Made by a program: the position numbers and the translations under genes. The notes beneath the pieces are model-generated. The model saw nothing but the letters and a program-made list of their open reading frames with translations. It did not search any database and had not been told where the DNA came from. 55,946 nt of DNA from Patescibacteria group bacterium UBA4664 (GTDB lineage: Bacteria > Patescibacteriota > Saccharimonadia > CAILAD01 > BJGX01), in the NCBI GenBank assembly GCA_943354915.1, contig CALRDO010000001.1, forward strand, positions 1 through 55,946, read 5' to 3'. Below, in pieces: positions 46,538 to 55,910 of the stretch (position 1 is its first letter; each line of letters opens with the position of its first letter).

Positions 46538-46989
46538 TGAAAATCCATGAACTAACTACCAGCAAAGTAAAGTCTACTAAAAGATTAGGTCGTGGCATTA
46601 GCGCTGGCCAAGGTAAAACAGCAGGACGTGGTACAAAAGGTCAGAACTCTCGTACTGGTAGCAAGTTTAAGGCAGGTTTTGAGGGCGGACAAACTAAGCT
46701 CGCCCAACGCTTACCAAAAGCCAGAGGCTTTAAGCCTTTGGATAGAAAAGAGTACCAGGTAGTAAATATTTCTGATATCAATGCTTTATCCAAAAAGACA
46801 GTTAATGGAGCAGTTCTAAAATCAGCTGGGCTAATCAGGAAAGCCGATGGTCTAATAAAGTTACTCGGAGGTGGTACAATTACATTAGCAGTATCTATTA
46901 CCGTCGATAAAGCCTCCAAGTCAGCTCTTGAAGCAATCCAAAAAGCTGGGGGCACTGTGATACTGAAGAAACCAAAACAAAGTAGCTAG
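46537..46989 (+). CDS. rplO: 50S ribosomal protein L15
   Basis: 150 aa with [19 protein letters not shown]. The TAATG overlap with rpsE leaves no room for rpmD. Confidence 0.95.
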   Translation: MKIHELTTSKVKSTKRLGRGISAGQGKTAGRGTKGQNSRTGSKFKAGFEGGQTKLAQRLPKARGFKPLDRKEYQVVNISDINALSKKTVNGAVLKSAGLIRKADGLIKLLGGGTITLAVSITVDKASKSALEAIQKAGGTVILKKPKQSS

Positions 46990-47016
46990 CATTAAGTAAC
47001 TAAAGTCTGGGGGTGA

Positions 47017-48333
47017 ATGAACAAAGAAGCTTGGCGCCAATTATACAAAAATACCTCATTGCGTAAGCGCATGTTGGTGGTTTTGGTTGTTATGGTTGCC
47101 TATAGCCTGCTTTCGCAGATACCAGTACCCGTTGCTGAAGGTGCAAAACTTCAATCATTTCTGACTAAGATTTTTGAATCTAATTCAATACTAGGCTTTG
47201 TTAACTTATTCTCAGGTGGAGCACTTTCTAGATTTTCGGTACTGCTAATGGGGCTAGGTCCTTATATTAATGCCTCAATTATTATTCAGCTTTTAACCCA
47301 AGTTATTCCTAAGCTTGGAGCACTTTCAAAAGAGGGTGAGGCGGGTAGGAACAAAATCAACTACTATACAAGGCTACTAACATTGCCTTTAGCAATTGTT
47401 CAGGCGATTGCGATGGTTGTCTTGGTTAAAAACCTATCCATGCAATCCTTGGGCCTAGATTTGATTGGGAACCCTACCTTGTTCCAGTGGGCACTCATGG
47501 TTTCTACCATTACAGCTGGCTCCATGCTACTGATGTGGCTCGGTGAATTGATTACTGAAAAAGGCGTTGGGAATGGTATTTCAATGATCATTCTATTTGG
47601 AATTGTAGCTACCATGCCAAGCACCCTCGCCTCGCAGTTTGCACTGACGCAGTCAGACCCTACCAAGCTTACTGGCATGGTTTTTATAGCGCTGGCTGCC
47701 ATCGCATCGGTGGTCTTCATTGTTTATCTTAATGAGGGCCAAAGAAATATCCCTGTTTCTTATGCTAGAAGGCTATCTAACGCTAGTTCTTATGGGGGTG
47801 TAGACACACATTTGCCACTAAGGGTTATCACGGCAGGTGTAATACCTATTATCTTTGCATTAGCCTTTCTTTCTATCCCAACTTTTGTAGGCCAACTATT
47901 CACTAATGCTCAAACACAGTGGGTGGCTTCGTTTGCGCAGAAATTGACAACCCTCTTCTCACCGAGTAGTTTAGTCTATGGCATAACCTACTTTGTGCTA
48001 GTAGTGGCCTTTACATACTTTTATACAGCTATTATCTTCAAGCCAGACGAAATAGCTGAAAATCTACAAAAACAAGGGGGCTTTATCCCGGGGGTTAGGC
48101 CAGGCGAGGAAACATCCAAGTACCTTAAGGGGATTATTAATCGAATCACCTTTACTGGCGCACTCGGGCTAGGTATTGTGGCGATCCTACCATTTATTAT
48201 GGAAACTGTCTTTAATACCTCTCAAGCTATCACAATAGGCGGCACAAGCCTACTTATTATCGTTGCCGTAATCATTGAAACCGTTAAACAGCTTCGGTCG
48301 ATGGTGTTAATGGCAACCTACGAAAAATATTAG
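47017..48333 (+). CDS. secY: Preprotein translocase subunit SecY
   Basis: 438 aa, a 10-TM-like profile with conserved SecY blocks (GLGPYINASIIIQLL, GELITEKGVGNGISMII). Confidence 0.96.
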   Translation: MNKEAWRQLYKNTSLRKRMLVVLVVMVAYSLLSQIPVPVAEGAKLQSFLTKIFESNSILGFVNLFSGGALSRFSVLLMGLGPYINASIIIQLLTQVIPKLGALSKEGEAGRNKINYYTRLLTLPLAIVQAIAMVVLVKNLSMQSLGLDLIGNPTLFQWALMVSTITAGSMLLMWLGELITEKGVGNGISMIILFGIVATMPSTLASQFALTQSDPTKLTGMVFIALAAIASVVFIVYLNEGQRNIPVSYARRLSNASSYGGVDTHLPLRVITAGVIPIIFALAFLSIPTFVGQLFTNAQTQWVASFAQKLTTLFSPSSLVYGITYFVLVVAFTYFYTAIIFKPDEIAENLQKQGGFIPGVRPGEETSKYLKGIINRITFTGALGLGIVAILPFIMETVFNTSQAITIGGTSLLIIVAVIIETVKQLRSMVLMATYEKY

Positions 48334-48363
48334 AATAAGAGGGTTTTTATGCCGAAAAACTCT

Positions 48364-48391
48364 TTACAAAAAGGCTAATCTCGTCTATAAT
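48364..48391 (+). promoter_or_regulatory. Putative infA promoter (TTACAA-16-TATAAT)
   Basis: TTACAA at 48364-48369 and TATAAT at 48386-48391. Confidence 0.4.
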
Positions 48392-48412
48392 TACATCTTG
48401 TAACTTTAATCT

Positions 48413-48634
48413 ATGGCAAACACAAAGGAAGTAATCGAAGTCGAGGGTAGTGTTGTTGAAGCACTGCCCAATGCTCACTTCAAGGTAGAACTTGAAAATG
48501 GGCATGTTATCTTGGCGCATATCTCTGGCAAGATGCGTATGCATTATATCAAAATATTGCCAGGGGATAAGGTAACAATCGAGATGACACCCTACGATTT
48601 ATCTAAGGGTCGCATCACTTTTCGTCATAAATAG
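48413..48634 (+). CDS. infA: Translation initiation factor IF-1
   Basis: 73 aa with [35 protein letters not shown]. Confidence 0.97.
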   Translation: MANTKEVIEVEGSVVEALPNAHFKVELENGHVILAHISGKMRMHYIKILPGDKVTIEMTPYDLSKGRITFRHK

Positions 48635-48643
48635 GAGATTGTT

Positions 48644-48757
48644 TTGAAAGTACGTTCTGGAGTAAAAAAAATCTGTTCAAAATGTAAGATAGTCGTACGC
48701 AAGCGAATAGTGCGAGTGATTTGTGATAACCCTAAACATAAGCAAAGGCAAGGCTAA
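48644..48757 (+). CDS. rpmJ: 50S ribosomal protein L36 (absent from the ORF track)
   Basis: Hand translation gives [37 protein letters not shown] (37 aa). It uses a TTG start with AGGAG at 48633-48637. The TAA at 48755-48757 overlaps the rpsM ATG by 1 nt. A CxxC...C...H zinc motif is present. Confidence 0.9.
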   Translation: MKVRSGVKKICSKCKIVVRKRIVRVICDNPKHKQRQG

Positions 48758-49143
48758 TGGCACGTATTGCAGGTGTTAATGTACCAGCTGAAAAACGTCT
48801 AGAAATTGCCTTAACTTATGTCTATGGTATTGGGCTTAAAACTAGCCAAAAACTATTAACAAATCTTAATATCAACCCAGATCAAAGAGTTAAAGAAGTC
48901 TCTGAATCGGATTTGATAAAAATCAGAGAATATATCGAGAAAAATCTCATGGTGGAAGCTGATTTGTCTCGTGTAGTAAGTGGCAACGTGAAGCGTTTAA
49001 AAGAAATTAAAGCCTATCGTGGCTTGCGCCATAGTGCCGGGCTACCTTCGAGGGGCCAGCGCACTAAAACTAATGCTCGCACTAAGAGAGGCAAGAAAGT
49101 TACCGTTGGAAGTGGTCGTAAGAAATCATCAGCTAAAACTTAA
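48757..49143 (+). CDS. rpsM: 30S ribosomal protein S13
   Basis: 128 aa with [10 protein letters not shown]. Confidence 0.97.
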   Translation: MARIAGVNVPAEKRLEIALTYVYGIGLKTSQKLLTNLNINPDQRVKEVSESDLIKIREYIEKNLMVEADLSRVVSGNVKRLKEIKAYRGLRHSAGLPSRGQRTKTNARTKRGKKVTVGSGRKKSSAKT

Positions 49144-49157
49144 GTAAGGGTATAAAT

Positions 49158-49550
49158 ATGAGTAAACCAACTACCAAAATTAGAAAGAAGCGGCAAAAGC
49201 GTAGCGTGCCTAAAGGCGTGGTGCATATTCACTCTAGTTTTAATAACACGATTATCACTATTACAGACGAAAAAGGTGCCGTCCTAAGCTGGGCATCTTC
49301 TGGGTCGGCTGGTTTTAAGGGATCACGCAAGAGCACACCCTATGCTGCCCAAATTGCTGCCGAAAAAGCCGTTAATGTCTGTAAGGACTTTGGGATGAGT
49401 AGCGTAGAGGTTATCATTAAAGGCATAGGTGGGGGTAGAGAATCTGCTATTCGTGCCCTCCAAGGTTCTGGAATTAGCGTGGCATCAATTAAGGATGAAA
49501 CTGGTATTCCACATAACGGTTGTCGCCCCAAGAAGGCAAGGAGAGTTTAG
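49158..49550 (+). CDS. rpsK: 30S ribosomal protein S11
   Basis: 130 aa with [18 protein letters not shown]. Confidence 0.97.
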   Translation: MSKPTTKIRKKRQKRSVPKGVVHIHSSFNNTIITITDEKGAVLSWASSGSAGFKGSRKSTPYAAQIAAEKAVNVCKDFGMSSVEVIIKGIGGGRESAIRALQGSGISVASIKDETGIPHNGCRPKKARRV

Positions 49551-49552
49551 AG

Positions 49553-50167
49553 ATGGCTCGTAATTTAACACCAGCTGCTAAAATAGCCCGTAGAGAGGGT
49601 GCTCACACTCATCCTAAGGCTGTAAAGGCCCTAACCAGACGTAACTATGGCCCTGGCCAGCATGGTCAGTCACGTCGCCCAAAACCCAGCGATTATGCCT
49701 TACAGTTGCGCGAGAAACAAAAAACTAAGCGTTTCTATGGAATTTTAGAAAAACAATTTAGAAAATATGTCGAAAAAGCTGAAAAAATGCAGGGTGTCGC
49801 CGGGGAAAACTTACTGCAACTATTAGAAAGGCGACTAGATAATGTGATTTATAGATTAGACATTGCCCCTTCAAGGCCAGCCGCCCGCCAAATCGTAAGC
49901 CACGGACACATTTTGTTAAATGGTAAGAAAGTAGATATTCCATCGATTATTGTTTCACCAAAAGACGAAATCACAGTCCGTAGCACCAGCCTGAAGTCCG
50001 TTTATTTTATTGCCCTCAAAGATAGTATTGACCCTAACCAAACTTTGCCTAGCTGGCTAAGCTTCGATCAAAAGAAGTTCAGCGCCAAAGTTATAGGGTT
50101 GCCACTGCGCGAGGAGCAAGACCAAGAGATTGAAGAGCAATTAATTATTGAGTATTACTCACGTTAA
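49553..50167 (+). CDS. rpsD: 30S ribosomal protein S4
   Basis: The start was trimmed to ATG 49553 (MARNLTPAAKIARREG), 2 nt after the rpsK stop. It contains an S4 RNA-binding domain. Confidence 0.94.
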   Translation: MARNLTPAAKIARREGAHTHPKAVKALTRRNYGPGQHGQSRRPKPSDYALQLREKQKTKRFYGILEKQFRKYVEKAEKMQGVAGENLLQLLERRLDNVIYRLDIAPSRPAARQIVSHGHILLNGKKVDIPSIIVSPKDEITVRSTSLKSVYFIALKDSIDPNQTLPSWLSFDQKKFSAKVIGLPLREEQDQEIEEQLIIEYYSR

Positions 50168-50183
50168 ATAAGAAGGAGATTCA

Positions 50184-51128
50184 ATGTTATACGATATCAA
50201 TTTGCCAGAGCTAAAAGAAGAAAAATTAACCGACAATTCATCCCAGTTTAGATTAGAGCCATTACACCCAGGATATGGTATGACTTTAGGTAATTCTATC
50301 CGTCGGGTATTACTATCGAGCTTAGCCGGCAGTGCAATTACGGCAGTTAAAATAGAAGGCGTGAGCCATGAGTTTTCAACTATCTCTGGTGTCAGGGAAG
50401 ATATTATTGAGATTATTTTGAATTTAAAGCAGGTTAGGTTTATAAATCCTAATGAAGAGCCGATTACGCTAACTTTAAAAAAATCTGGAGGCATAGTTAA
50501 AGCTAGCGATATCAATACTACTAACGATGTTGAGGTAGTTAACCCAGCATTAGTGATTGCCAATTTGGATAATGCGAAATCAAAATTTGAAATGGAAATG
50601 GTAGTTGAGCAGGGGCGCGGCTATGCACCAGTAGAGAGCCGAAGCGGCGTAAAGCTTCCTGTTGGGATGATAGCTATTGATGCTATTTATACCCCAATCA
50701 AGCGAGTTCGTTATAATGTCCAAAATACTCGCGTTGGGCAGATGACCAATCTCGATAAGCTAATCCTAGAGGTTGAAACAGACGGGACAATTACTCCTAA
50801 GGAAGCTGTTATGCAGGCCGCAGAAGTCTTGGTAGGCCACTTCCAAGTTTTAGCAGGACATGATGTAGTATCTGTTGGTAGTGGTGGTATTATGACAGCT
50901 ACAGAACGAGCCGAAGCAGATATGGCTCAGATTGGTGTTGATGAAGTTAACTTCAGCCCGCGTACAGCTAATGCTTTAATGAATAATGACATTAAAACTA
51001 TTAAAGACTTGATGGACCTTAGCCCAGCAGACCTAAAAGAGCTAAAAGGTTTCGGCGCCAAGGCTCAAGAAGAAGTAGTAGAAAAATTAGCTGAGCTTGG
51101 CGTTAGCCAGGGATCAGTTAGCCAATAA
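50184..51128 (+). CDS. rpoA: DNA-directed RNA polymerase subunit alpha
   Basis: 314 aa with an N-terminal dimerisation domain (GYGMTLGNSIRRVLLSS) and a C-terminal HhH domain (SPRTANALMNNDIKTIKDL). Confidence 0.96.
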   Translation: MLYDINLPELKEEKLTDNSSQFRLEPLHPGYGMTLGNSIRRVLLSSLAGSAITAVKIEGVSHEFSTISGVREDIIEIILNLKQVRFINPNEEPITLTLKKSGGIVKASDINTTNDVEVVNPALVIANLDNAKSKFEMEMVVEQGRGYAPVESRSGVKLPVGMIAIDAIYTPIKRVRYNVQNTRVGQMTNLDKLILEVETDGTITPKEAVMQAAEVLVGHFQVLAGHDVVSVGSGGIMTATERAEADMAQIGVDEVNFSPRTANALMNNDIKTIKDLMDLSPADLKELKGFGAKAQEEVVEKLAELGVSQGSVSQ

Positions 51129-51150
51129 AGTTAATAAAGAAGGCTAGATC

Positions 51151-51636
51151 ATGCATAGACATAGTTACATCGGAAAAAAGTTTTCAAGAGCTGCAGCGCC
51201 TCGTAAGGCTTTAATGCGCGGGCTAGTTGATGCTTTGATATTCTATGAGAGAATTGAAACCACCGAGGTTAAGGCCAAGGAGTTAGCTAGAATTTTTGAC
51301 AAACTAGTTACTAAAGCAAAAAAACAAGATTTGCATAATTTACGCCAGATATTGAGTTTTACTATCAACCCAGTTGCTTCCCAAAAACTTAATACCGATC
51401 TAGTCCATGGGTTTCAGAGCCGAGACTCTGGCTACTCCCGTGTTGTTAAGACAGGCAAGAGGCTCGGGGATGGTGCTGAAATGGCGGTGGTGGAGTTAAT
51501 CTTAGATGCCTCTTATAAGCCCGCGGCTAGGCCGTCGGCACCAAAAACTACTACTGATAAACCAAAGCAAACTAAAAAACCTTCAGGCCAGTCAACGGCC
51601 ACCAAGAAAGTACCAGCAAAAGGAGCAGGTAAATGA
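51151..51636 (+). CDS. rplQ: 50S ribosomal protein L17 with a basic low-complexity tail
   Basis: 161 aa with an L17 core and then a P/K/T-rich tail of about 40 aa. Confidence 0.93.
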   Translation: MHRHSYIGKKFSRAAAPRKALMRGLVDALIFYERIETTEVKAKELARIFDKLVTKAKKQDLHNLRQILSFTINPVASQKLNTDLVHGFQSRDSGYSRVVKTGKRLGDGAEMAVVELILDASYKPAARPSAPKTTTDKPKQTKKPSGQSTATKKVPAKGAGK

Positions 51637-52070
51637 AGACGTATGCAGCTAAAAAATCAGATATTACATCACAGTGGTACATTATTGATGCCGACGGTTT
51701 GAATTTGGGCCGTTTAAGCACAAGGCTAGCAGAACTTTTAATGGGGAAGCACAAGGCTAGCTATACTCCCAATATCGTATCGGGGGATATCGTAGTAGTT
51801 ACCAATAGCGCTAAAATTAAAGTTACTGGCAATAAAATGAATGATAAGTTTTATTATCGACATAGCGGATACCCTGGCGGCATTAAAGAGATGAGCCTGA
51901 AGGAAATGATCCAAAAACACCCCAATCGTGTTATCGAACACGCTGTAGCCGGAATGTTACCAAAAAATAAACTCAAAGATGAAATGCTTAAGCACCTCAA
52001 GGTTTATGCCACCAGCGAGCATCGGCATACAGCACAAAAACCAGAAATAATTAAGCTGGAGACAAAATAG
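51633..52070 (+). CDS. rplM: 50S ribosomal protein L13
   Basis: 145 aa. It has an ATGA overlap with rplQ and the sequence WYIIDADGLNLGRLST. Confidence 0.96.
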   Translation: MKTYAAKKSDITSQWYIIDADGLNLGRLSTRLAELLMGKHKASYTPNIVSGDIVVVTNSAKIKVTGNKMNDKFYYRHSGYPGGIKEMSLKEMIQKHPNRVIEHAVAGMLPKNKLKDEMLKHLKVYATSEHRHTAQKPEIIKLETK

Positions 52071-52071
52071 T

Positions 52072-52500
52072 ATGTTAGAAAAAAAATCAGTTAAAAAAAC
52101 CACTTCTCAAGGCCATTATTACCGTGCTGTTGGTAGGCGCAAGCAGTCTGTCGCAGTCGTTAAGCTTTTTAAGGGCAAGGGTGAGATTACTATTAACTCG
52201 AAACCAGCTATGGAATATTTCTTAGCTAATGAAGCTTATATATATAATATTAAAGCTCCACTAGAATTGGTGGCGCAAACTAAGCTAATGAATATCGAGG
52301 TTAAGGTTGATGGTGGTGGGCTTAGGGGTCAGTCTGATGCAGTTCGGCTAGGAATAGCCCGAGCCTTAGTTGAAATGAGTGAGGATTTTCGGACTAGCCT
52401 TAAAAAGCATGGCTACCTAACTCGAGACCCACGCAAAAAAGAGCGTAAAAAGCCAGGGCTCCGCAAAGCTCGCAAGGCTGCACAGTTCTCAAAACGTTAA
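52072..52500 (+). CDS. rpsI: 30S ribosomal protein S9
   Basis: 142 aa ending KKPGLRKARKAAQFSKR. Confidence 0.96.
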   Translation: MLEKKSVKKTTSQGHYYRAVGRRKQSVAVVKLFKGKGEITINSKPAMEYFLANEAYIYNIKAPLELVAQTKLMNIEVKVDGGGLRGQSDAVRLGIARALVEMSEDFRTSLKKHGYLTRDPRKKERKKPGLRKARKAAQFSKR

Positions 52501-52553
52501 GATTATCCCACTTTGGGCCGGGCATTGGCACTATAGTAATTGTATTGGAAACG

Positions 52554-52582
52554 GTGACATCCTTAACCATAAGCTTTATAAT
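52554..52582 (+). promoter_or_regulatory. Putative promoter (GTGACA-17-TATAAT) 8 nt upstream of the channel gene ATG
   Basis: GTGACA at 52554-52559, TATAAT at 52577-52582 and ATG at 52591 with no SD. Confidence 0.4.
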
Positions 52583-52590
52583 ATATAAGT

Positions 52591-53568
52591 ATGAGGCGAA
52601 AACAAATCATTGTTTTAGTATTAGTAGTTACCGGCTTTCTAGTAGCTGCTACTTTTGGTCTTAAAACATTAGAAAATGTTAGCTACAGCGAAGCGTTTTA
52701 TCGCACTATTTACATTAGTCTGACCCACCACGATAACTTCAAAATGGACGCATGGCCTTCGAGAGTAATAATAATTTTGCTAGTCCTGGCAAGCTTAATA
52801 ATGCTAGCATATTTGCTTAAGCTTTTCGGCGAGTATATTATAGGGTTAGGCGATGGATTAAAGCGCCGTAAAGTAAAGGCAAAACTTCTAAGTATGAAAG
52901 ATCATTATATTGTATGCGGAATCGGACGAGTCGGGAGTCAAGTAGCTAGAGAACTAGCTAATGAAAACCAGCTATTTGTTGCTATTGATAGCAACCCCGA
53001 TAGAGTTAAGGAGGCGGTGGCGCTAGGATATACAGCTTTCGTAGGGGACCCTACAAAAGAAGAGGATTTACACAAGGCTAAAATTGGCAAGGCCAAGGGA
53101 GTAGTCGCTTCCTTAGGGGATGATTCTAGTAATCTCTTTGTGACATTAACTGCTAGGCAGATTAACCCCGACTTGTTTATCGTAGCTAGGGCCAATAGAG
53201 AAGAAAATATCACTCGCATAGTAAGGGCTGGCGCCAATAAAGTTGCAATGCCCAACCAGATCGGTGGGTTCCATATGGCTACTATGTTAATTCGCCCCCA
53301 CGTTATTGATATTCTAGACATTTTATCCGCCAATAAGAGCGCTGATCTTCAAGTCCAAGAGGTAGAAATTACGCACCACTCACGGGTTAGTGGCCACCGG
53401 CTAGAGAATATCTTAAAGCATGCCGACGGCATCAGTGTTTTAGCCTTAAATACTACTAGCGGGAACAGTCAGGTCCACCCAACGGGCAGAGAAGTTATCT
53501 ATACTGGCGATAAGCTTGTTGTAATGGGCACAAAAAACCAACTACAATCTCTCCAGAAGCTAGTATAA
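52591..53568 (+). CDS. Two-TM ion channel with cytoplasmic RCK (TrkA-N/TrkA-C) domains and a non-canonical pore sequence
   Basis: TM1, a pore-like region and TM2 are followed by the Rossmann motif IVCGIGRVGSQVA and a TrkA-C-like C-terminus. SLTHHDN occupies the position where K+ channels carry T-V-G-Y-G-D. Confidence 0.75.
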   Translation: MRRKQIIVLVLVVTGFLVAATFGLKTLENVSYSEAFYRTIYISLTHHDNFKMDAWPSRVIIILLVLASLIMLAYLLKLFGEYIIGLGDGLKRRKVKAKLLSMKDHYIVCGIGRVGSQVARELANENQLFVAIDSNPDRVKEAVALGYTAFVGDPTKEEDLHKAKIGKAKGVVASLGDDSSNLFVTLTARQINPDLFIVARANREENITRIVRAGANKVAMPNQIGGFHMATMLIRPHVIDILDILSANKSADLQVQEVEITHHSRVSGHRLENILKHADGISVLALNTTSGNSQVHPTGREVIYTGDKLVVMGTKNQLQSLQKLV

Positions 53569-53575
53569 TACTACT

Positions 53576-54271
53576 ATGCTAGCAAAAAACCAGGGGGAAC
53601 TTAAATTATCAATTGCTATTCTCTTTGAGGATAGCAATGTAATTGTTATTAATAAGCCTGCTGGGTTACTTATGCACCCCAAAAACGACCAGGACCAGTC
53701 AAGCAGTGTTTTTAGCGTATTCAGTAGCCAATTAGCTCCTGCCGATAATTTGCGCGGAGGAATCGTACACAGGCTCGATAAAGATACTTCTGGCGTTGTT
53801 ATTATGGCTAAAAACGAATCAACTCTAGAGTTTTTACAGCAGCAATTTGCCGCTAGAACAGTCGATAAAACATACCTGGCGTTAGTTTGGGGGCATCTTA
53901 GCCACCCTAAGGCTAGAATTGAGCTACCTGTCCGTCGTTCACTTAAATCTCCTAATGTCATGGCTGTTCACCCGTCTGGTAAAATGTCAATCTCGCAGTA
54001 TCAGGTTCTAGCGGAGTACAAAGATTATAGCTATTTAAGCATTGATATCCATACCGGCCGAACCCACCAAATACGTATTCAGTTTGCCCACCTTGGACAT
54101 TCAGTAGTAGGCGATAAGCTTTATGGTAAAAAGGCTTTACCTCAGGGCCTAGCAAGGCAATTCTTGCACGCTGAAAAATTATCAATATTACTGCCTAATA
54201 AAAAAGTCAAAAAGACTTTTTATGCACCTCTGCCAGCTGATCTTAGCAGTTTTCTAGGTGGGCTAGAATGA
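53576..54271 (+). CDS. RluA-family pseudouridine synthase (no N-terminal S4 domain)
   Basis: 231 aa with the catalytic HRLDKDTSGVV motif and a TGRTHQIR motif. Confidence 0.9.
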   Translation: MLAKNQGELKLSIAILFEDSNVIVINKPAGLLMHPKNDQDQSSSVFSVFSSQLAPADNLRGGIVHRLDKDTSGVVIMAKNESTLEFLQQQFAARTVDKTYLALVWGHLSHPKARIELPVRRSLKSPNVMAVHPSGKMSISQYQVLAEYKDYSYLSIDIHTGRTHQIRIQFAHLGHSVVGDKLYGKKALPQGLARQFLHAEKLSILLPNKKVKKTFYAPLPADLSSFLGGLE

Positions 54272-55089
54272 ATCAGCTAATTTTGCATCCAGCTACTGCC
54301 AGCCAGCTTAACGCTGCGACCATTAAGCCAGCCCATGGCTATTTGTTCGTTGGCGATACGGGCTTAGGCAAAACTAGTTCAGCATTAGACCTTGCCAATA
54401 CTCTTTTGGGTAGTAGTGCAACTCAGGGTGATAAGGCGCGTTGGATTTTATTTATTCAGCCAGAGGATGGTAAAAAACTCCGGCTATCTCAGTTAGAGCG
54501 GGTTAAGGATTTTGCTTATCGTTCTAAGCCAAGTGGGGTCAACTATAAAGTTATCATTATAGATGGGGCAGATTTATTAACTATTGAGGCTGCTAATTCA
54601 CTGCTGAATTTGTTAGAGGAGCCACCACCTTTGACCGTTATTGTATTAGTAGCCCAGCAAAGAGCAATGATACCAAAAACCGTTTTATCTAGGCTACAGA
54701 TAGTTAATTTCTATGCACCAACTCCTAGCCAGCTAGAGGGCTTAATTAGTGAGTACCATATATCCCAGGCAAGCTATAAACTTGCAGGTCGATCTCCAGC
54801 CAAGCTGATTACACTTAGCCAGGAAGATCAATCCGTTCAATCTAAACTAACTGCCGATGCCCAGGACTTTATAGGTGGTAGTATTATTGATAGATTAGTG
54901 GTATTATCCACTATTGCCAGTAAAATTGAAGCTAGTCGCCTGATTAATGTTATTATAGCTGATATTCAAAACCAGGCTTTTAGCGAGCAGTGGGTCTCAA
55001 GAGCCAATAGCTTGATAGCGGCACAAGCGCACCTGCATCATAATGGTAATTTTAAGTTTGTGCTAGAGAAGCTAGCAATGGAGTACTAA
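54268..55089 (+). CDS. holB: DNA polymerase III delta' subunit-like clamp-loader protein
   Basis: 273 aa with a Walker A-like GDTGLGKTS and IIIDGADLLTIEAANSLLNLLEEPP. It has an ATGA overlap with the upstream gene. Confidence 0.8.
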   Translation: MNQLILHPATASQLNAATIKPAHGYLFVGDTGLGKTSSALDLANTLLGSSATQGDKARWILFIQPEDGKKLRLSQLERVKDFAYRSKPSGVNYKVIIIDGADLLTIEAANSLLNLLEEPPPLTVIVLVAQQRAMIPKTVLSRLQIVNFYAPTPSQLEGLISEYHISQASYKLAGRSPAKLITLSQEDQSVQSKLTADAQDFIGGSIIDRLVVLSTIASKIEASRLINVIIADIQNQAFSEQWVSRANSLIAAQAHLHHNGNFKFVLEKLAMEY

Positions 55090-55778
55090 TGATATATGAA
55101 GTGATTGTATTTTTAAGTTTATTTATCCTGACTTTTTTACTGTTAAGTAAATATAAAATCGGTGTGGTTGAAGCTATTGCAAATAGCTTAGCAATTCTAC
55201 CTGTTAGCCATGACTCTAGGCTAGAGAGCTTGCTCGAAATCGCCAACCGATATTATTTCGCTAAAAACTATCTGGCAGCCGAGAAGGCCTATTTGAAGGT
55301 GCTCAAGGTTGATCATAAAAGTAGTCTAGCTTATAGCCGATTAGGCTTTATATATTCCCATTTTGGGCAGGTTAATGATGCCATAGAGTGCTTCCAGATA
55401 GTTGCCGATAACTACCCTAATTCAGCTAGCTATTATAATTTGTCTATGGTGCTCTTTAAGAGTCGCCGATTTAAGCGCTCAGCAGTAGCTCTGGAAAAAT
55501 CAATTAGTATGGAGGAAACATCTGCCCGGCTGGTAACACTAGCACGAATTTATAGAGTTATTGGCTACTATGATAAGCAGATTAAAACTCTTGCTAGGGC
55601 CCTTCATTTAGAGCCTGCCAGCACGTCTATTATGCAGCTATTAGCAGAAGCTTATTTGCATGAAGGCCAACCCAAGGAGGCTATGTCGATGTTTAAGGCT
55701 ATACTTAAGTTAGAGCCAGCCAATGTCAGAGCCAAGCAGGCCCTCAGCTCAAACCCAGCCTTGAAGAAATTGCAGTAA
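55089..55778 (+). CDS. Membrane-anchored tetratricopeptide (TPR) repeat protein
   Basis: 229 aa with an N-terminal hydrophobic helix and then several 34-aa TPR-like units (e.g. YLAAEKAYLKVLKVDHKSSLAYSRLGFIY). Confidence 0.75.
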   Translation: MIYEVIVFLSLFILTFLLLSKYKIGVVEAIANSLAILPVSHDSRLESLLEIANRYYFAKNYLAAEKAYLKVLKVDHKSSLAYSRLGFIYSHFGQVNDAIECFQIVADNYPNSASYYNLSMVLFKSRRFKRSAVALEKSISMEETSARLVTLARIYRVIGYYDKQIKTLARALHLEPASTSIMQLLAEAYLHEGQPKEAMSMFKAILKLEPANVRAKQALSSNPALKKLQ

Positions 55779-55823
55779 AATGTTAGACTATAAGTGTTTT
55801 TGTATCTGTAAATTGCCAAATTA

Positions 55824-55898
<75 letters not shown>

Positions 55899-55910
55899 TA
55901 CCAAACGCAT

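Noticed and set aside
46054-46548. 164-aa minus-strand ORF exactly mirroring rpsE
   Set aside because: It lies antisense to a highly conserved ribosomal protein gene and translates to low-complexity sequence. The same applies to other long antisense ORFs: 10295-10795, 39554-40051, 50159-50563, 53560-53961, 6208-6585, 33939-34391 and 7762-8130.
48337-48364. Hairpin after secY considered as a terminator
   Set aside because: The stem is interrupted by a GG bulge and is not followed by a T-run, so it was not called.
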